In this document: one piece after another, positions 57,986 through 64,000 of the stretch
Numbering within the stretch: the first letter of the stretch is position 1
Layout: the number at the start of each line of letters is the position of its first letter
Source of the DNA: Marinicella sp.
GTDB taxonomy: Bacteria > Pseudomonadota > Gammaproteobacteria > Xanthomonadales > Marinicellaceae
DNA length: 64,000 nt
Direction: 5' to 3'
Assembly (NCBI GenBank): GCA_965230295.1
Contig: OZ246001.1
Location: 2,240,001 to 2,304,000, forward strand
Position numbers and translations under genes: made by a program
Notes under the pieces: generated by a model
The model's input: the letters and a program-made list of their open reading frames with translations, nothing else
Database searches by the model: none
What the model was told of the DNA's origin: nothing

Positions 57986-60190
57986 TTATTGAATATTCAG
58001 CGGTATAACTTTGTTAGATGGTTTGTTGGCATGTCGTTTGAGCAACCAATAAAAGCCCATCATGATCGCAGCAGACAAGATTAACCAGATGGTTGCAAAA
58101 ACCGGTTGGCTGGTGAAAGTGGCAACCTGGTAAAAACAGGTGGCGATCAGGTATGCAATACCTGTTGAGTAGGTGGCCGAGAACAGGGCCCAGTTTTTAC
58201 CCGTTTCTTTGGCGATGGTGGCGATCACCGTCACACATGGGAAATACAACAACACAAACAACAAGTAGGCATAGGCTGCCAGACCGCTGCTGAATTTATC
58301 TTGCAGGATGCCAAATAATTGAGTCGATACCCCTTGGTTTTCGGCCATGGTTTCCACTTCATCAATCTCAGTCAACGACAAGCCCAATGGATCAATCAAG
58401 GCATCAGCCAAGCCGGCTGCATTCTCCGGGATGGTTTGCAGGGCTTCCAGCAGTTCTTCGCCAACTGTGGCTTCACCCTCATCAATGGCTTTTGAATAAA
58501 TGGCATCCAGCGAACCCACCATCACTTCTTTGGCCAGCAAACCGGTGAATAAGCCCACCACGGCTGGCCAGTTTTCTTCATCAACCCCCATCGGTGCAAA
58601 AATGGGCGTGGCCATTTGCGACCCGGCTGCCAACATCGATTGGTCGACGTCTTTGTTGCCCCAGGTAAAGTCGCGGCCGATGGAAGATATGATTTGTAAA
58701 ATAACCACAATGATGATGATGATTTTCCCGGCATCAACAATGAAGCCACGCAGTTTGTGCCAGGTGGATTTCAGGATGAATAACAAACCGGGAAAGCGCC
58801 ATTTAGGCAACTCTATGACAAACGGATCAGGTTGACCTGGCAGGATGGTTTTGCGCATTAACAAGCCAGTGGCAATGGCGACAACGATGCCAATCAAATA
58901 CAACGACAAAACAATCAAAGCCGCGTGCTCAGTGAAGAAGGCTGCCACAAACAAAGCATAAACCGATAACCTGGCTCCACACGACATGAAGGGTGCCATC
59001 AAAGTGGTGATGATGCGTTCATCTTTTTTGGCCAGCTGGCGGGTGGCCATCACAGCCGGCACATTGCAGCCAAAGCTGACGATCAATGGCACAAATGCCT
59101 TACCGGACAGGCCGATTTTTTGCAGCCAATTGTTCATCACAAAGGCCGCCCTGACCATATAACCCGACTCTTCAAGCAGGGTTAAAAACAGGAACAGAAA
59201 GCCAATCACAGGGATGAAAGTGGCCACTGTTTGGATGCCGGCCCCCACCCCTTCTGCCAAAATCACAGTCAGCCAATCAGGGGCATGGATGGCAGCCAAC
59301 AATTGACTGGTACCGTTGATGAAAATGGCTCCGGTGGCGATGTCGAAAAAATCAATGAACACATTGGCAACATTGATGGCAAAGAAAAACATCAGATACA
59401 TGGCCAGCATAAAGGCCAATGATCCTGTCAATGGGCTGGTCAACCACTGGTCCACACGACTGAATTTGTCTTTCAGCGGGGTGCTGGATTTGGCAACGCC
59501 CTGTTCTGTCACCGCTTTGGCCATTTCCATGGCCTGTTTGAAGCGGGCATCAAAAATGCGTTTGCTTTCTTCGATCACATCTGTTGATGATTTGACGTAT
59601 TCCTTGATGGCTTCTGCACGACTGACTGCTGCTGGTAATTCAATGTCCTGAGGTAACGGGGTGTGGTGATGCTCGGTATTTTGATGGGCTATTAAGGTGT
59701 TGGCAATGGTGTCGAACAAGTCTTTGATGCCATGACCTTTGGTGGCTGTGGTGGTCAACACCGGGCAGCCGGTCAATTTTGATAATTCATCAGTATCAAT
59801 GGTTTTACCACTGGCAGCACGTTCATCATCCATGTTCAAAACCAACAGTGTTGGTACGTCTAAATCCAGAATTTCTGTGGTGAGAAACAAACAGCGTTCT
59901 AAGTTGTTGGCATTGATCACGTTGACAAACAAATCAATGTCTTTCCGGTCTAAGGCCTGTTTGACCACCAATTCATCTTGAGACAGTTCGGCCAAGGACA
60001 ATCCATAAATACCAGGTAAATCCAGTAAAGAAAACCGGGTGTTGTTGCGAATCAACTTGGCTTCGGTTTGACTGACAGTCACCCCTGCCCAGTTACCGGT
60101 TTTCTTGTTTTGACCAGCCAAGGCATTGAATAGGGTGGTTTTGCCACTGTTTGGGTTGCCAATCAGGGCGACTTTGGTGGGTTTGGACAC
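57986..60190 (-). CDS. feoB: Ferrous iron transporter FeoB
   Basis: GNPNSGKT, GNWAGVTV, DLPG, FGCNVPA, PFMSCGARL, LYFPC. Confidence 0.96.
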   Translation of the reverse strand: MSKPTKVALIGNPNSGKTTLFNALAGQNKKTGNWAGVTVSQTEAKLIRNNTRFSLLDLPGIYGLSLAELSQDELVVKQALDRKDIDLFVNVINANNLERCLFLTTEILDLDVPTLLVLNMDDERAASGKTIDTDELSKLTGCPVLTTTATKGHGIKDLFDTIANTLIAHQNTEHHHTPLPQDIELPAAVSRAEAIKEYVKSSTDVIEESKRIFDARFKQAMEMAKAVTEQGVAKSSTPLKDKFSRVDQWLTSPLTGSLAFMLAMYLMFFFAINVANVFIDFFDIATGAIFINGTSQLLAAIHAPDWLTVILAEGVGAGIQTVATFIPVIGFLFLFLTLLEESGYMVRAAFVMNNWLQKIGLSGKAFVPLIVSFGCNVPAVMATRQLAKKDERIITTLMAPFMSCGARLSVYALFVAAFFTEHAALIVLSLYLIGIVVAIATGLLMRKTILPGQPDPFVIELPKWRFPGLLFILKSTWHKLRGFIVDAGKIIIIIVVILQIISSIGRDFTWGNKDVDQSMLAAGSQMATPIFAPMGVDEENWPAVVGLFTGLLAKEVMVGSLDAIYSKAIDEGEATVGEELLEALQTIPENAAGLADALIDPLGLSLTEIDEVETMAENQGVSTQLFGILQDKFSSGLAAYAYLLFVLLYFPCVTVIATIAKETGKNWALFSATYSTGIAYLIATCFYQVATFTSQPVFATIWLILSAAIMMGFYWLLKRHANKPSNKVIPLNIQ

Positions 60191-60201
60191 GATGGTTAGG
60201 G

Positions 60202-60444
60202 TCAGATCAGTGAGACAGAGATGGAATTGATTAAATCAGAGCCCACAGCGATGTTACCAAAGGGAGTTTTGATCACAGCACCATGTTTGTACAATGCCAT
60301 CAACTCAATCACCATGCCCATGCCTAACCCCATCAATGTGAGCTTTTGACTCAACGATTCTGAACAAGCATTGTGACATACCTGGTAGGTGTTTCCGGCT
60401 TTGGCGTGAGAGAGTTGCACTGAATTTTCAGATGGGCTGGTCAT
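60202..60444 (-). CDS. feoA: Ferrous iron transport protein FeoA
   Basis: 80 aa SH3-like, KLTLMGLGMG; directly upstream of feoB. Confidence 0.8.
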   Translation of the reverse strand: MTSPSENSVQLSHAKAGNTYQVCHNACSESLSQKLTLMGLGMGMVIELMALYKHGAVIKTPFGNIAVGSDLINSISVSLI

Positions 60445-60461
60445 GGCTAGGTGCTAATCTA

Positions 60462-60483
60462 AATAATAATGGTTCTCATTATT
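60462..60483. promoter_or_regulatory. Fur box upstream of feoAB
   Basis: TAATAAT-G-GTTCTCA (60464-60478), 11/14 match to the 7-1-7 consensus. Confidence 0.7.
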
Positions 60484-60709
60484 GGGTATTGGCTAAAAAT
60501 AATCAAGTGTTGAACCAGAAAAAAGACAAAAGTTTGATTCTTGTCAAACAGCAGGGCTGGCACTTTTGTTCATGCCAGTTTGCCATTCTTGGGCACTGCA
60601 TGCTGTGGTTTTTGTCATTAATCGAAAAGATGGGTGTCTGCGTGACATATTTCTTTGGTTTAGTTGTTCCTGATTTGATAAAATCAACGGTTTATTTTGA
60701 CTGGAATCA

Positions 60710-62485
60710 TTGATGATTGGACACATTCAGGAGTTGATTGAAAACGCCTTGGAACATTTACAGGTAAAAGGTGAATTCAATTTAGACCAAACCCCAACAA
60801 TCAACATAGAACGAACCCGCAACAAAGACCATGGTGACTATGCATCCAACGTGGCTTTGACCTTGGCAAAACCGCTGAAATCCAACCCCCGTGCGATTGC
60901 CGAAAAAATCATCGCAGAAATGGCCGACTCAACCCATGTCAACAAAGTGGAAATAGCCGGACCTGGCTTCATCAACTTTTATTTGACTGACGCCTGTCGC
61001 TTGCAGGTTTTGAAAAGAATTTTAAAACTGAAACATGATTACGGCACCAGCCAATTGGGTGAAGACAAAAAAGTCACGGTGGAATTTGTTTCAGCCAATC
61101 CAACCGGACCCTTACATGTAGGACATGGTCGCGGTGCTGCCTTTGGCTCCAGTTTATCGAACATCTTGAAAAAAATGGGCCATGATGTCCATGCGGAATA
61201 CTACGTCAATGACCACGGTCGACAAATGGATATTTTGGCCACTTCGGTGTGGCTCCGTTATTTGGAGTTGTGTGGAGAGAGCATTGTGTTCCCGGCCAAT
61301 GGTTACAAAGGGGACTACATATTTGACATAGCCAGAAAAGTCAGACAGAAAAATGGTGATGATTACCGCCATGGTCAGATGGAGGTGTTTGCACAAGTCA
61401 GCCCCGATGAACCAGCAGGTGGCGACAAAGAACAACACATCGATGATTTGGTGATCAACGCCAAAGACATCTTAGGTGATGGTTACCAAAAGATTTTTAA
61501 AATTGCCTTGAAAAGTATCTTGGCCGGCATTGAAGATGATCTGGAAGACTTCAATGTGTTTTATGATGAATGGTTTTCTGAAAAATCATTGCATGAAAGT
61601 GACACCATTGACCGGGCTTTGGGTAAATTGAAAGAAGGCGGTCATCTGTATAAGAAAGAAGGGGCCTTGTGGTTCAATGCCACCCACTTTGGCGATGAGA
61701 AAGATCGGGTGGTGATGCGTGAGAATGGCTTGAAGACTTATTTTGCATCGGATGTGGCTTACTTGTTGAATAAGTTTGAACGCGGCTTTGAAAAATTGAT
61801 CTACGTGTTTGGTGCCGATCACCATGGATACATCCCTCGATTGAAAGCGGCCACCAAGGCTTTGGGTTTCGATGCCGAACAAATTGAAATTCTGTTGGTG
61901 CAATTTGCCCACTTGTATAAGCACGGGGAGAAACTGCCCATGTCAACCCGCTCAGGACAATTTGTGACCTTGAGCGAATTGGTTTCAGAAGTGGGTTGTG
62001 ATGCCTCTAGGTTCTTTTATGTGATGCGTTCGCATGACCAACATTTGGATTTCGATATGGATTTGGCCAAATCACAATCCAATGACAACCCGGTTTATTA
62101 CATTCAATACGCGCATGCCAGAATCTGCAGTATTTTACGGAAATTAGAAGAACAAAACATGACCCACAACATCGAAATCGGACATGTGTCAGTGGAATTG
62201 TTGGTCGAAGAACAGGAGTTGGATTTGATCAAGGCCTTGAGCCAATACCCCGAAGTGGTGGCCAAAGCAGCAGCCAACTATTCGGTACACTCCGTGGCCA
62301 ACTATTTACGCGATTTAGCGCAATTGTTTCACAGTTATTACAACGCCCATCAGGTGCAAATTGATAACGAAAATTTACGCAATGCACGGTTAAACTTGTG
62401 TTTGGCAACGCGTTATGTGTTGGCAGATGGTCTGGCTTTGTTGGGCTCGTCAGCACCCAAGGAAATGCGTTCAGAGGACAGATAA
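60710..62485 (+). CDS. argS: Arginine--tRNA ligase
   Basis: VEFVSANPTGPLHVGHGR, GADHHGY, MSTRSG, YYIQYAHARI. Confidence 0.98.
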   Translation: MMIGHIQELIENALEHLQVKGEFNLDQTPTINIERTRNKDHGDYASNVALTLAKPLKSNPRAIAEKIIAEMADSTHVNKVEIAGPGFINFYLTDACRLQVLKRILKLKHDYGTSQLGEDKKVTVEFVSANPTGPLHVGHGRGAAFGSSLSNILKKMGHDVHAEYYVNDHGRQMDILATSVWLRYLELCGESIVFPANGYKGDYIFDIARKVRQKNGDDYRHGQMEVFAQVSPDEPAGGDKEQHIDDLVINAKDILGDGYQKIFKIALKSILAGIEDDLEDFNVFYDEWFSEKSLHESDTIDRALGKLKEGGHLYKKEGALWFNATHFGDEKDRVVMRENGLKTYFASDVAYLLNKFERGFEKLIYVFGADHHGYIPRLKAATKALGFDAEQIEILLVQFAHLYKHGEKLPMSTRSGQFVTLSELVSEVGCDASRFFYVMRSHDQHLDFDMDLAKSQSNDNPVYYIQYAHARICSILRKLEEQNMTHNIEIGHVSVELLVEEQELDLIKALSQYPEVVAKAAANYSVHSVANYLRDLAQLFHSYYNAHQVQIDNENLRNARLNLCLATRYVLADGLALLGSSAPKEMRSEDR

Positions 62486-62489
62486 GAAT

Positions 62490-63068
62490 ATGGCCAAGAA
62501 GAAAGCGGTGCGCAAAACCACCAAACGAAAAACCACCCGCAAAGCCGGTCAAAAACGACCCGTACCAGGCTGGATCATCCTGCTCAGCGGTGTACTTTCA
62601 GGTTTACTGTTGGCGGTGTTTATTTACATCAAAGGTTGGGTCCCAGAGCCCATTCAGCAGAACCAACCGATACCCGGTGTGGCCAAGGAAGTGGTTGAGC
62701 CTGTTGAAGATGTCAGTAAAGACCTCAGTAAACAAAAACCTGATTATGATTTTTATTCAGTATTGCCTGAAATGGAAGTGGTGATCCCCAAAGAAGAACT
62801 GGAACAACAAGCGGCCAGAGACAGTAAGGAGTATACTTACATTTTACAAATTGCATCCTTTAAAAACCGGCCTGATGCGGAAGAGTTGAAAGCCAAAATT
62901 GCTTTTTCAGGTCAAATAGCTTTCATCCAATCAATTGATGTGAATGGCACCGAATGGCACCGGGTGCGCGTAGGTCCCTTTGATTCCAGCCGTGAAGCGG
63001 ACAAACAAAAAAGACAACTAGAACAAGGAGGTCACAAAGCTTTGGTTTTGAAAGAAACCAAATCATAA
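62490..63068 (+). CDS. SPOR-domain cell division protein (FtsN-like)
   Basis: Basic N-terminus, TM, YDFYSVLP, SPOR YILQIASF...WHRVRVGPF; follows argS. Confidence 0.88.
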   Translation: MAKKKAVRKTTKRKTTRKAGQKRPVPGWIILLSGVLSGLLLAVFIYIKGWVPEPIQQNQPIPGVAKEVVEPVEDVSKDLSKQKPDYDFYSVLPEMEVVIPKEELEQQAARDSKEYTYILQIASFKNRPDAEELKAKIAFSGQIAFIQSIDVNGTEWHRVRVGPFDSSREADKQKRQLEQGGHKALVLKETKS

Positions 63069-63107
63069 AGACAACGGCCATCTGATGGCCAACAAAAGGT
63101 ACAGAAC

Positions 63108-64000
63108 ATGAAAACATTGCTGACATTGCTATTGACCATCGGCATGGCTCAGGCCCAAATGAAAGGGGATACTTATTATTTGCCGGCGGTGGATGTTGGA
63201 CTTGAAAAAGAAGTGGCCGCCGAGCGTGCTCAAGGACAACCGCTAAAATATGCTTTGGGCACACCCATTGAAGTGATCCATCATTCAAAGCATGAAGTCG
63301 GTTCTGCAGGTCAATGGACTCAAATGTTTGATGGCAGTTGGGAGTTCCGGATCAGGTTATCAGCCGAAAATGCCACCAGTATAAATGTAGGGATGGTGGA
63401 CTTTTTCTTGCCACATTCAGCAGAACTTTGGGTCTATAGTGATGATGAAAGCATCATGCGAGGTCCATACAATGACACTTATAACCAATCACACGGGTTT
63501 TTCTGGATTGGAGATGTGCCTGGTGATCATGTCAATCTAAAGCTCACTGTCAATAACCGCGAAAAGCAGTACCTTTCTTTCCAGGTGAACAACATCACCA
63601 GAGGTTTTTATAAGTATTGGGAAGAGCCATCATACTTGGCAAAAAGTGGCAGTTGTAACGTTGACGTGGCTTGTCCGGAGGCAGATGGGTGGGATGATCC
63701 AATTAATTCTGTTGGGCAGTATTCATTCAGTACTTCTGAAGGCGGTTTTGTTTGTACCGGACAGCTGATCAACAACACGGCACAGGATGGCACACCTTAC
63801 TTTTTAACCGCTGACCATTGTGGATATTCCAATGAATCTACTCAGGAGCCATTGACTGTCAGGCAGAACGTGGCGGCATCGATTTCGTTGACATGGAATT
63901 ATCAGTCACTGACTTGTCGTGCACCTGGATCAGCATCCAGTGGAAACCAAATTTCACGCAGTGGTTTCAATGACCGACAATCAGGTACCACCTATTTGGC
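63108..64000 (+). CDS. Partial secreted trypsin-like serine protease (lysyl endopeptidase / Achromobacter protease I-like)
   Basis: Not in the ORF track (no stop in window). MKTLLTLLL signal, propeptide, SGSCNVDVACPE, CTGQLINNTAQDGTPYFLTADHC, WNYQSLTCRAP. Confidence 0.88.
   Translation, partial: MKTLLTLLLTIGMAQAQMKGDTYYLPAVDVGLEKEVAAERAQGQPLKYALGTPIEVIHHSKHEVGSAGQWTQMFDGSWEFRIRLSAENATSINVGMVDFFLPHSAELWVYSDDESIMRGPYNDTYNQSHGFFWIGDVPGDHVNLKLTVNNREKQYLSFQVNNITRGFYKYWEEPSYLAKSGSCNVDVACPEADGWDDPINSVGQYSFSTSEGGFVCTGQLINNTAQDGTPYFLTADHCGYSNESTQEPLTVRQNVAASISLTWNYQSLTCRAPGSASSGNQISRSGFNDRQSGTTYL

Noticed and set aside
237-63793. Numerous 60-150 aa antisense or alternate-frame ORFs in the track
   Set aside because: Shadows of well-supported genes with no recognisable motifs.
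1-64000. CRISPR array, tRNA/rRNA genes, prophage, integrase, reverse transcriptase or defence genes
   Set aside because: No regularly spaced repeats, cloverleafs or diagnostic motifs seen by eye; small RNAs could have been missed.

Overview
Chromosomal window from what looks like a marine gammaproteobacterium (Marinicella/Xanthomonadales-like; inferred from gene order and secreted-protein tails). Core blocks: tdk-fmt-rsmB-DUF4390-ntrY-like; cutA-dsbD-aroQ-accBC-prmA-DUF3426-fis-purHD; mutL-miaA-dtd; feoAB; argS-SPOR. Accessory content: an operon around a Rab-like small GTPase, a Fur-boxed ApbE/porin/FMN-binding/PepSY locus, three ECF sigma systems (one coupled to a Ser/Thr kinase), and several secreted enzymes or adhesins. 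I saw no rRNA, tRNA, CRISPR array, transposase or prophage. The most unusual signals are non-coding. (i) A modular structured element occurs twice (32673-33096 and 50360-50535), with four conserved blocks, compensatory base changes and variable-length hairpin arms. (ii) A 268-bp MITE is present, plus a collapsed 18-bp relic of it that completes the stop codons of two convergent genes. (iii) REP-like inverted repeats flank one gene. (iv) A four-unit Pho-box array lies ahead of a secreted nuclease. All family calls come from reading motifs by eye, with no database searches.
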